Program-made: the position numbers and the translations under genes
The notes under the pieces: generated by a model
Told to the model about the DNA's origin: nothing
Database searches by the model: none
What the model saw: the letters and a program-made list of their open reading frames with translations, nothing else
Part shown: positions 37,816 through 48,471 of the stretch, one piece after another
Numbering within the stretch: position 1 is the first letter of the stretch
Layout: every line of letters begins with the position of its first letter
From: a bacterium
Lineage (GTDB): Bacteria > Patescibacteriota > Minisyncoccia > Phycocordibacterales > Phycocordibacteraceae
Reading direction: 5' to 3'
Assembly: GCA_021849125.1 (NCBI GenBank)
Contig: JAJZTG010000004.1
Coordinates: 1,025-65,024, forward strand
Length of the DNA: 64,000 bases

Positions 37816-38136
37816 TTATTTAACTATATCTTGACCCAAAGGCCCCTCAATAAGCTTGATTGTTTCTTTTACGAACTCCTCCCACGTATACGAACCCTTA
37901 TACCAAAGGAGGACGGCATCCGTTCTATGTTTTAAGAGTTTGAGGAACTTCTGCCAAGTAAAACCATTGGGTTTTAATGCGTCTTTCCACTCCCTCCACA
38001 GATATTGAGGCAGCTTATTCCCGTACCAGACATTTAAGGAATCCCAATTTATTCGGCCTGACTTATCAGTCATACCTTCAATCTTTCGAATCCACTCTTT
38101 TACCTCTATGGGCTCTTTGGGCACTGATAATTTCAT
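37816..38136 (-). CDS. Small hypothetical protein immediately upstream of the helicase gene
   Basis: Longer ORF (to 38451) overlaps the recombinase start on the other strand, so the internal MKLSVPKEP start is preferred; 4-nt gap to the helicase ATG. Confidence 0.4.
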   Translation of the reverse strand: MKLSVPKEPIEVKEWIRKIEGMTDKSGRINWDSLNVWYGNKLPQYLWREWKDALKPNGFTWQKFLKLLKHRTDAVLLWYKGSYTWEEFVKETIKLIEGPLGQDIVK

Positions 38137-38241
38137 ACCCCAAGTATATAGGGCATCAAGGAAATTGCAAAGTCTGCCTAGACTCCCTGCGCGGATTGCG
38201 TCATCCCTTGGGGTGTGCGAATTATCAAGTAAACAACGGAC

Positions 38242-39579
38242 ATGCCAACGGAAATAGGGACAGGAACGGGCGTTTTGGGGGCAAAACCGGCACCCCAGGA
38301 GGCGGTAAGGGTGCGGTACTGCCTCTACGCCAGAAAGAGCACCGAGCAGGACGAAATGCAGGCGCTCTCGATAGATAGCCAGATCAAGGAGATGACCGCG
38401 CTTGCGGCGAGGGACGGACTGGAGGTCGTCGAGGTAAAACGTGAAAGCCACTCGGCCAAAGAGGCCAGCCGGAGGCCGGTATTCAATGAGATGCTGGACG
38501 GGATTCGCACTGGCAGGTTCAACGGGATACTGACATGGGCGGCAGACCGCATCAGCCGCAACGCAGGCGACCTCGGGAGGGTCGTCGACCTGATGGATGC
38601 AGGAGTGTTAGTGCAGATACAGACATACAGTCAGAAGTTCTCGAACAATCCGAACGAGAAATTCCTTCTGATGATTCTCTGTTCGCAGGCGAAGCTCGAG
38701 AACGACAATAAAAGTCTGAACGTGAAGCGCGGTCTGCGGACGCGAGCTGAAATGGGCATGCTCCCCGGCTGGGCACCGGTCGGATACCTGAATGACAACC
38801 GCTCGGATCATAAATGCGAGTACCTCCTGGACCCGGTACGCGCACCAGTCGTGAAAATGATCTTCGAGAAGGTCGGCAAAGAAAAATGGAGCGGCGTGCG
38901 TGTCTATCACTGGCTTAAAGAAGAGGTCGGGTTCAAAACGCGGAGCGGTGTGAATCTGAACTTGAGCACGATTTACACCGTGCTAAAAAATCCATTCTAC
39001 TGCGGCGTATTTGAGTACCCGCGCGGTTCGGGCAACTGGTATGTCGGCAAGCACCCTCCCCTGATATCGAGAGAGCTGTTCGAGATGGTTAGACAGAAAG
39101 TGCTCGAGGAGACGAAGCCGCATGCCAAGACGGATGGCTTCGCGTTTCTCCGCATGATGACATGCGGCGACTGCGGATCGGGCGTAACGGCTATCGAAAA
39201 GGAGAAAATCATCAAAGGCACCGGTGAATCAAAGATCTATAGGTACTACGTTTGCGGCCGTTCGCGCGACCGACGTTGCAAGAATCCGTATGTCCGCGAG
39301 GACGCGCTTGTCGAACAACTCTGCGCCCTTATAGACGAGATTGAAATAGACCGCCTCGGCGCGAGGGCGCTTATCGAAAAGGAGGTTGCCCGGTTCAATA
39401 AGATGCAGTCGAAGGTAATGGGGACAAAGATAGCGGAGAAGGCCCGCGATGTAGATATCAAACGCTATGCAAAGTACCTGCTCGAAGAAGGCACGACCGA
39501 AGAGAAGAGGCAGCTTCTAGAGCAATTGCGCGGCAAGCTTGTACTTTCAAATAAGGAGATCGTCCTAGCGCAAGGCTAA
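38242..39579 (+). CDS. Large serine recombinase (resolvase/invertase catalytic domain + recombinase domain + zinc ribbon)
   Basis: YARKSTEQ catalytic-serine motif, ...GDLGRVVDLMDAGV..., CGDCGSG...YYVCG zinc ribbon; start possibly a few codons downstream. Confidence 0.85.
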   Translation: MPTEIGTGTGVLGAKPAPQEAVRVRYCLYARKSTEQDEMQALSIDSQIKEMTALAARDGLEVVEVKRESHSAKEASRRPVFNEMLDGIRTGRFNGILTWAADRISRNAGDLGRVVDLMDAGVLVQIQTYSQKFSNNPNEKFLLMILCSQAKLENDNKSLNVKRGLRTRAEMGMLPGWAPVGYLNDNRSDHKCEYLLDPVRAPVVKMIFEKVGKEKWSGVRVYHWLKEEVGFKTRSGVNLNLSTIYTVLKNPFYCGVFEYPRGSGNWYVGKHPPLISRELFEMVRQKVLEETKPHAKTDGFAFLRMMTCGDCGSGVTAIEKEKIIKGTGESKIYRYYVCGRSRDRRCKNPYVREDALVEQLCALIDEIEIDRLGARALIEKEVARFNKMQSKVMGTKIAEKARDVDIKRYAKYLLEEGTTEEKRQLLEQLRGKLVLSNKEIVLAQG

Positions 39580-39584
39580 AGCAA

Positions 39585-39684
39585 AAGCCGCGACAAGTCG
39601 TCGCGGCTTTTGCTTACGTGATGCCCGTCGGTACCGTACTGGCCTTTGGGCGGGCCGGTACTGGTTCCTGGCGTCACAACCGTG
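39585..39684. repeat. Island repeat family, copy D = trailer and terminator of the tRNA-fMet-like gene (also terminates the recombinase gene)
   Basis: gccgcgac-aagtc-gtcgcggc hairpin flanked by A/T tracts, then gcttacgtgatgcccgtcggtaccgtactgg...gggcgggccggtactgg... Confidence 0.6.
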
Positions 39685-39755
39685 TTGCGGGGGCCGGAAT
39701 CGAACCGGCGTCTGGAGGTTATGAGCCTCCCGAGGTACCTCTCCTCTACCCCGCT
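39685..39755 (-). tRNA. Initiator-like tRNA-Met (anticodon CAT) with A1:A72 mismatch; 3' end identical to E. coli tRNA-fMet (TCCGGCCCCCGCAAC)
   Basis: Manual fold: AGCGGGG/CCCCGCA acceptor (1:72 unpaired), GAGG/CCTC D-stem, GGAGG-CTCATAA-CCTCC anticodon arm, GCCGG-TTCGATT-CCGGC T-arm, 4-nt variable loop. Confidence 0.6.
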
Positions 39756-39829
39756 ATCCTAAACAGCACGAGACGGCACACCGTCTTGCTATGACACTAA
39801 TATAACGATTTTTGAGCGCTCGTGCAACC

Positions 39830-40405
39830 CTAGAGCATCTCGAACTCGCGGAAGACGGATTCGTAGCGCGCGAGCGTGCGGCGCATGAGGGTTTCCGAAA
39901 GATCGAAAGCAGAGCCCTGGTGCGCGATCTGATTGCGCACTTTGTGCGCCTCCCAGGCGTCGTTCAGCGTATCGAAGTCGGCCGGGTCCACCGTCTTCAG
40001 CTTCTCGCCTACACCCTCCCCCGTGTAGCCCTGCTTGGTGAGCATATCGTCGAGCATAATGTCCGCTTCTATGATCGCGGTGCGCCAGTCGCTCGGGTTC
40101 GTGCTCCCTTCAAGCGACTCGATATGCGCCCAGCGCGGGTTGCCGCCCTCCTCTTCTGGCGTAAGGATGAGCGTGCCGTAGTACTCGTCTTCGCGCTTGC
40201 GCAACTCGAAGAGCCGGATCGTCTCATAGATGATGAGAATGAGCGCGAGGACCGCGAGGATATAGCCCACGATGACGATGATGAGCCAGAGGTGCGCAAG
40301 CCACGCAGAGAAACCGGCAAGGTCGACCGATCCGTAACAGCCGCCATGCAGGCAGTCATACAAGAGACGGAACCAATACTCGACGTTGGCCTGGCTAGTA
40401 GGCAT
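39830..40405 (-). CDS. Hypothetical membrane-anchored protein with C-terminal HEPN-like R-x4-H motif
   Basis: One TM helix (HLWLIIVIVGYILAVLALILII); KVRNQIAHQG fits Rx4-6H; weak. Confidence 0.4.
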   Translation of the reverse strand: MPTSQANVEYWFRLLYDCLHGGCYGSVDLAGFSAWLAHLWLIIVIVGYILAVLALILIIYETIRLFELRKREDEYYGTLILTPEEEGGNPRWAHIESLEGSTNPSDWRTAIIEADIMLDDMLTKQGYTGEGVGEKLKTVDPADFDTLNDAWEAHKVRNQIAHQGSAFDLSETLMRRTLARYESVFREFEML

Positions 40406-40436
40406 ATATCCTTAGCATACCAAGCGCGAAGCGTCT

Positions 40437-41867
40437 TTAGCCTGCTTTCTCCACTGCTGATGCTACGTTGAAGAGAATCTCCTCCGCCTGATGCGGTGCG
40501 GTGAAGTGGATGCCGATAGGGAGCGCTCTTCCATCGCGCTCTACCGTACCCATCGGTACCGAGAGTGCCGGCATGCCAGTCAGGTTCGCGGTCACCGTAA
40601 AGATGTCCTCGAGGTACATGGAGATCGGATCACTCTTCTCGCCGAACTTGAAAGCCGGCGAAAGCGTCGTCGGGAAGGCGATGACGTCTACCTTCTCGAA
40701 CGCGTCATCGTATTCGCGACGGAGGACGCCACGTGCGGCATCAGCCTTGCGGTAGTACGCATCGATATAGCCCGACGAAAGGACGAAGGTGCCAAGGAGG
40801 ATGCGGCGACGCGTCTCTTCCCCGAAGCCCTCGGTACGCGAGAGGAGGTAGTCCTCAAGGAGGGTATCGCCGCGCGAGGCGTGCCCGTAGCGGACACCAT
40901 CGAGGCGCGCGAGGTTCGTCGAGACCTCGGCTGGCATGAGGACGTAGTACGCCGCAAGCGCATGCCCGCTCGTGGGAAGCTCGATATCGACGAGCGTATG
41001 CCCTTCTGACTCAAGCTTCTTCAGCGTCTCATCGAACGCCGCGCGAACATCTTCTTGCACGCCCTCCGTAAGAAGGTGACGCGGGACGCCGATCACAAGC
41101 TTCTCTGAAACTTCTTTTGACGGATAGAGCCCGTCCGGAATGGTCGTCGCGTCCATCGGGTCGATGCCGCGGATCGTATCGAAAAGCACCTTCGCGTCTT
41201 CCACCGACTTCGTAAGCGGACCGATCTGGTCGAGGGAAGAACCCATCGCGATCGCACCGCTGCGCGAGACGGCGCCGTAGGTGGGCTTCACGCCGACAAG
41301 GCCGCAGAGTGCTGCTGGCTGGCGGATAGAACCGCCCGTATCGGTACCGAGTGCTGCGATGCAGAGATGTGCCGCGACTGCGGCAGCAGAGCCGCCCGAC
41401 GAGCCTCCGGGCACACGCTCAGGGTCGTGCGGGTTCTTGGTCGAACCGAATGCCGAGTGCTCGGTCGAGCTACCCATCGCGAACTCGTCCATGTTCGCAC
41501 GCCCGACGAAGAGCGCACCCGCTTCCTTGAGCTTCGTGATGACGGTCGCGTCATACGTCGCGCGATAGTTCTCGAGCATCTTCGACGCAGCGCTCGCGAT
41601 CTTCCCTTCTATCAGGATGTTGTCCTTGATCGCAAGCGGGATGCCCGAAAGAAGCGGTGCTGCGTCGCCTTCGCGGTCGATGCGCTCCTGCGCGGCCGCG
41701 ATCGCAGCATCGTCTGCCTCGAAGATCTCAAGGTAGGCGTTCAGCTCCAGATTCTTCTCCTTCGCCGCCGTGACGCACGCATCCCAGAGCTCGCGTACGG
41801 TACACTCCCGTGCGCGGAGCGCGCGGGCTGCTTCGATGATCCCGAGCTCGTTCGGTTTCTTAGTCAT
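40437..41867 (-). CDS. gatA: Glutamyl-tRNA(Gln) amidotransferase subunit A
   Basis: Amidase signature GGSSGGSAAAVA; 476 aa; overlaps gatC by 8 nt. Confidence 0.9.
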   Translation of the reverse strand: MTKKPNELGIIEAARALRARECTVRELWDACVTAAKEKNLELNAYLEIFEADDAAIAAAQERIDREGDAAPLLSGIPLAIKDNILIEGKIASAASKMLENYRATYDATVITKLKEAGALFVGRANMDEFAMGSSTEHSAFGSTKNPHDPERVPGGSSGGSAAAVAAHLCIAALGTDTGGSIRQPAALCGLVGVKPTYGAVSRSGAIAMGSSLDQIGPLTKSVEDAKVLFDTIRGIDPMDATTIPDGLYPSKEVSEKLVIGVPRHLLTEGVQEDVRAAFDETLKKLESEGHTLVDIELPTSGHALAAYYVLMPAEVSTNLARLDGVRYGHASRGDTLLEDYLLSRTEGFGEETRRRILLGTFVLSSGYIDAYYRKADAARGVLRREYDDAFEKVDVIAFPTTLSPAFKFGEKSDPISMYLEDIFTVTANLTGMPALSVPMGTVERDGRALPIGIHFTAPHQAEEILFNVASAVEKAG

Positions 41868-42153
41868 GAGCGATGATCTGCTTCACGACGAGTGCATCGC
41901 CTTCACGTGCGGGGAACTGCGCCGCGATCTTCTCCGTGTACGCACCCGGCGTATGGGGCTCACCGTCTTCGCGCATCACGTTTCGAAGCGGCGGCTTCTT
42001 CGCGTCAGGGCTCGTGGAGATATCGAGCGACTCGAGCTGCCCGACGTACGCGAGGATCGCGTCGAACTCGTTCGTAAACTTCTCCAGGTCAGCGTCCGCG
42101 ATCTTCACGCGCGCGAGCGCCGCAAGCTTCTTCACGTCTTCCGTGGTTGCCAT
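41860..42153 (-). CDS. gatC: Glutamyl-tRNA(Gln) amidotransferase subunit C
   Basis: MATTEDVKKLAALARVKIADADLEKF... typical GatC; start chosen at the internal Met of the longer ORF. Confidence 0.8.
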   Translation of the reverse strand: MATTEDVKKLAALARVKIADADLEKFTNEFDAILAYVGQLESLDISTSPDAKKPPLRNVMREDGEPHTPGAYTEKIAAQFPAREGDALVVKQIIAHD

Positions 42154-42240
42154 AGAAGGTACTCTACCACAGCACCAAAAAGCTTCCATTACTGGCCACA
42201 TGACGCTTGCTAAGATCGTAGGCTTTTGGCGCTGGGCAGG

Positions 42241-44782
<2,542 letters not shown>

Positions 44783-44792
<10 letters not shown>

Positions 44793-45382
44793 GGCGTCAG
44801 ATGGTCAGTGACCGTTATCTGGTAGGGCGAACCGTGGAAAGTCCACGAGACTTGCGAGACGACACGGACCTCGTTTGCGGAGATATCACTCACTTGGATC
44901 GTCCGAGTGAACGGCGTGACCTCCGCACCGCTTAAGCCTCCTTGCTCCGTATAGATATTGTTCACGAGGTAGAGCGGCGAACAGGTCCCTCCTGGGCACG
45001 GCTCAAGCGCGAACCCGCTTCCTGCACCCATGCTGCGCGCCGGATCAAGCGTACAGACGGCCGTCCGGCACGGTGTCACGGAACCCGCGCTCGAGCCGGT
45101 AAGGAAATCCGTCCATGCTGCAGCCGATGCGCCGCTACCGCCTGCCTGATACGCGGAAAGATAGGTATCATCGCGCATCGCTCGAACGTATTCGACGCCT
45201 TCCTGCGCCAGATACGAAGCGGTAAGCTCATCGCGCGCGATCTCGGCAGCGACCAGCGCCCGATTCGCGGTAAAGAGGGGTCCTGCGATCGAAAGGACGA
45301 GGATGGTAACCGCGATCATAGCCTCCACGAGCGTGAAGCCTTCGTTCTTTTTCCGGTACTGCTTGTGAGAGAGCATGGTCAT
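44783..45382 (-). CDS. Minor pilin (prepilin-type N-terminal cleavage/methylation domain)
   Basis: KKNEGFTLVEAMIAVTILVL. Confidence 0.7.
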
Positions 45383-45930
45383 ATGTCGCTTCCGCGCATG
45401 GTGGCGCCCGTCTCGACCGTAAAAGGCTGTGTCTTCCCGGGTCCGGTCGATACCGAGCCGACGACGATGATCGTCAGCCGCGGCTGATGGTAATCACTGG
45501 GCACCGGCTGGCTGCCTGACGTATAAAACGTGAGCGAAGTGATCACGACGGATGGGTCGGTAAGAGAAACCGGTACGCCGTTCGTCACTTTCTGGAGCGA
45601 TGAACCGGAAAGACTGTATGAAACGGGTGTCCCTTCTTTATCGTTGAACGAGAAGGAAGCTCCGCCAGTCGGACAGTCGCCCGCTCCGCCACAGCTATAC
45701 GCCGAACCGGTGCGGATGTCGCGCGTCATGGTCTCAAGCGCGAACGAGAGATTGTTGATACCGACCGTCGTCCCTTGCGCCTGATGATTGAGCGCGATCA
45801 TGATGAGGTATGCGCTCGCCGACATCATCATGACAAATGCGAAGAGACCGACTGCGACGATAAGCTCGATAAGCGTGTACCCGCGCCTCGCTGCATTTCG
45901 TTTTCCGTATGTCGATAGAGACTGTGTCAT
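45379..45930 (-). CDS. Minor pilin (prepilin-type N-terminal domain)
   Basis: RRGYTLIELIVAVGLFAFVMM; start set at MTQSL (ATGA overlap with the upstream gene). Confidence 0.65.
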   Translation of the reverse strand: MTQSLSTYGKRNAARRGYTLIELIVAVGLFAFVMMMSASAYLIMIALNHQAQGTTVGINNLSFALETMTRDIRTGSAYSCGGAGDCPTGGASFSFNDKEGTPVSYSLSGSSLQKVTNGVPVSLTDPSVVITSLTFYTSGSQPVPSDYHQPRLTIIVVGSVSTGPGKTQPFTVETGATMRGSDI

Positions 45931-46586
45931 GGGCATGATGCGGCGGTCGCGGTTATCTCGCCGGATGCCGAGATCGAGACATACCGGGCACCCCCTTGCG
46001 GCGAAGCGAGAGTAAGGCAAGCTTCCGTGATCGGATTGAGCGACGGATAGGTCCCGTTCGTGCTTATGAAAGGATTCGGGTTCGGGCGGGCAAAGACGAT
46101 ATCGAGCGTGGAGAGCCCTCCTCCTTGCGCGACCGCACAGGCCCAGGATCCTCCGGCAAGGGCGCAGAAATCGCTTATCGTGATGTTATTCCCGAGCGTA
46201 TAGTCCGTGACACGCGTATCTTGCGATCCGTAGCTGCAATCTCCTGAAAGCGCGTCCGGGGCCGACGGGTCCGTTATCCTGTGGCACACCGACCCGGTAG
46301 AGGGGGCCGGGTACGTATCGGCGAACACCGTATACGACCCAGGCGTCGCGATATCGAAATGCGCCCCATAGCCGGCGGGCACGGTCCCGATAGCACGCCC
46401 ACCGATGCCATACGTTTCTACGGCTGTCAAAGAAAGCGCGACATCATAGGAAGTATTAGCGAGGACCAAGGTCTTATTGAACGCGCTCTGACTCGAAAGC
46501 ACTACCGCCATCACAACGGCAATGATAGCGAGAACCACGAGGAGTTCTACCAGGGTAAAACCGCGATGAGAGTGAAAGGGTTCCAT
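45927..46586 (-). CDS. Minor pilin (prepilin-type N-terminal domain)
   Basis: HRGFTLVELLVVLAIIAVVMAVV. Confidence 0.7.
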   Translation of the reverse strand: MEPFHSHRGFTLVELLVVLAIIAVVMAVVLSSQSAFNKTLVLANTSYDVALSLTAVETYGIGGRAIGTVPAGYGAHFDIATPGSYTVFADTYPAPSTGSVCHRITDPSAPDALSGDCSYGSQDTRVTDYTLGNNITISDFCALAGGSWACAVAQGGGLSTLDIVFARPNPNPFISTNGTYPSLNPITEACLTLASPQGGARYVSISASGEITATAASCP

Positions 46587-47344
46587 TGGGTAAAGTACGC
46601 GAGGAGGAAGCCCGAAGCGAGAAACGGCGCGAAGGGTACCTCAACTCCCATTCTAAAACCTCGCGGTCTCCGCGCCAACAGCACTATGCCGATAACTGCC
46701 CCGATCCAGAATGAAAAGATGAAGCCAGGGAAAGCTGCGGACCCTGTGAGAAGCGCGAGGCCGAAAGAAAGCGGCGCATCGGCAAACCCCATCGCCCTGC
46801 CGCGCGAAAGCATATTGATCGCCGCAAGGCTTCCTGCAATAAGGAGTGCGGCTACTGCCGTATCACGAAAAGCGACAAGAGACGGAGCGGAGAGAAACGC
46901 GACGATCAAGCTTGCCGTTATGAACACGACGAGAAGCGGCGTCGGCAGTATCTGATGCGCAAGATCGTAGAGAACGAGCGAGAGGAGTGCCGCAAGCGCC
47001 AAAAGCATGAACGGCAGAGCGACCGACAGCCCGAGCTGCAGATACGCGAGAGCGAACAAGGTCCCGAGGAGCGCTTCGCTTATAGGTGAAACCGGCGAAA
47101 GGCGCGTACCGCAACAGGAAGCGCGACCGCCGAGCCCGACGAACGAGAGAATCGGGAAAAGCGCTCCCGGCACAAGCGTCACCGTGCACGCATCACAGGA
47201 GGAGCGGCCGGAAATAAAACCTTGCGCAGTGTAGAGACGTGCGACGATGACTCCTATGAAGCTTGCACTGATCGCACCGAGCGCAAAGAACGTAAGCGGC
47301 AAAAGCAGAGACATGCTCGCATGATAGCAGAAGACCCGCGGCAT
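46547..47344 (-). CDS. pilD: Prepilin peptidase (A24 family)
   Basis: N-terminal Cys-rich zinc motif (CDAC...CCG), polytopic membrane protein of the expected size; first gene of the minor-pilin run. Confidence 0.8.
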   Translation of the reverse strand: MPRVFCYHASMSLLLPLTFFALGAISASFIGVIVARLYTAQGFISGRSSCDACTVTLVPGALFPILSFVGLGGRASCCGTRLSPVSPISEALLGTLFALAYLQLGLSVALPFMLLALAALLSLVLYDLAHQILPTPLLVVFITASLIVAFLSAPSLVAFRDTAVAALLIAGSLAAINMLSRGRAMGFADAPLSFGLALLTGSAAFPGFIFSFWIGAVIGIVLLARRPRGFRMGVEVPFAPFLASGFLLAYFTQWNPFTLIAVLPW

Positions 47345-47381
47345 ACGCCGCGGGTCTTCTGGATATTCTTCTTAGGATCGA

Positions 47382-47876
47382 CTATTGCACCGAAGCGCAG
47401 GTGCCGCAGGATGCTCCGGTCAAGAGGAGCGAGTTCACCCCGCACCGGCTTCCGCTGCTGTCGACGCACCAATAGGTTGAATTAGAGGCTGCAACATCAG
47501 CAGGACGCGATACCGCTACAGCATACGCGGAGCCCGTCGATAGGCAGGCCGCGACACCACCTGCAGAATTCGTTAACGCTCCAGCAATCGCCTTTTCAAC
47601 CGTCGAATCGTGGAAGAGAGTCGTTCCGGCAGTCCCCACCGTAGGACAAGTCGCTGGCGATCCTGAACCGTTATCGAACGTCCCGTAGGAATTTCCGTTA
47701 TCTGACAAGAAGATTGCTGCTTGGGTAGCCACCGTACCGAGATCCGCCTTTATCGCTGCGTCATTACCCTTGCTGCGGGCCGTGTTGAGGGATGCAAGCA
47801 CGACTGCCGAGAGGATGCCGATGATGGCAATCACGACGAGAAGTTCGATAAGGGTGAAACCGCGTTTGACGTTCAT
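47382..47876 (-). CDS. pilA: Type IV major pilin paralog 1
   Basis: [27 protein letters not shown]; C-terminal Cys pairs. Confidence 0.8.
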   Translation of the reverse strand: MNVKRGFTLIELLVVIAIIGILSAVVLASLNTARSKGNDAAIKADLGTVATQAAIFLSDNGNSYGTFDNGSGSPATCPTVGTAGTTLFHDSTVEKAIAGALTNSAGGVAACLSTGSAYAVAVSRPADVAASNSTYWCVDSSGSRCGVNSLLLTGASCGTCASVQ

Positions 47877-47929
47877 GAGTATATCGAGTTACGGAATCCT
47901 TTTAAATTCAAAGGATCCTTTTGAGGAGA

Positions 47930-48391
47930 TTAATTTCCGCAGGCTGTTGCGCCAGCGACCATAGCCGCCGTCGTCTGCTTTGCGGTACCCGTGCTGTCGA
48001 CGCACCAGTACTTGGTATTGTCAGATGCGAGCGGTGACTGAACTGCGTATGCCGATGCCGAGCTGTTGCAGGTAACTGTACCGGTACCATTGGCCGTGTC
48101 TACGCCTGCAAGCGCCTTTACAATCGTCGCGTCTGCGAAGAGAGTTCCTGCCGTTGCGGCACAACTGTTATTAGAAACTGCAACCGAACCGTAGCTATTA
48201 TTACCGGCACCGCCGTAGAAGATTTCCGCCTGGGTCTGAATGGTCGAGAAGTCGGCCTGGATAGCTGCGTCATTACCCTTGCTGCGGGCCGTGTTGAGGG
48301 ATGCAAGCACGACTGCCGAGAGGATGCCGATGATGGCAATCACGACGAGAAGTTCGATAAGGGTGAAACCGTGGGAACGAGTCTTGTACAT
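47930..48391 (-). CDS. pilA: Type IV major pilin paralog 2
   Basis: [39 protein letters not shown] identical to paralog 1 over the N-terminal helix (identical at nucleotide level, 48264-48370 vs 47755-47860). Confidence 0.8.
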   Translation of the reverse strand: MYKTRSHGFTLIELLVVIAIIGILSAVVLASLNTARSKGNDAAIQADFSTIQTQAEIFYGGAGNNSYGSVAVSNNSCAATAGTLFADATIVKALAGVDTANGTGTVTCNSSASAYAVQSPLASDNTKYWCVDSTGTAKQTTAAMVAGATACGN

Positions 48392-48471
48392 AATATTTTG
48401 TATTTTATTAATGCTTCAATTGTACGCCATGGTCTCTCGTAAGGAAACCATGCTGTGGATAAGCGATTTCC

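Larger units (their letters stand above)
23405..39684. mobile_element. Mosaic genomic island adjacent to the tRNA-fMet-like 3' end (serine-recombinase-associated; several low-GC segments)
   Basis: Abrupt GC drop (by eye ~42-45% vs ~60%), large serine recombinase next to the tRNA, four att-like repeat copies, phage/plasmid-type genes (ParB-MTase, helicase-nuclease). Confidence 0.6.

Noticed and set aside
37816-38451. Full 211-aa version of the ORF upstream of the helicase
   Set aside because: Its first 105 codons overlap the start of the serine recombinase gene on the opposite strand; the internal Met (38136) gives a compact gene with a 4-nt spacer to the helicase, so the long form was not used.
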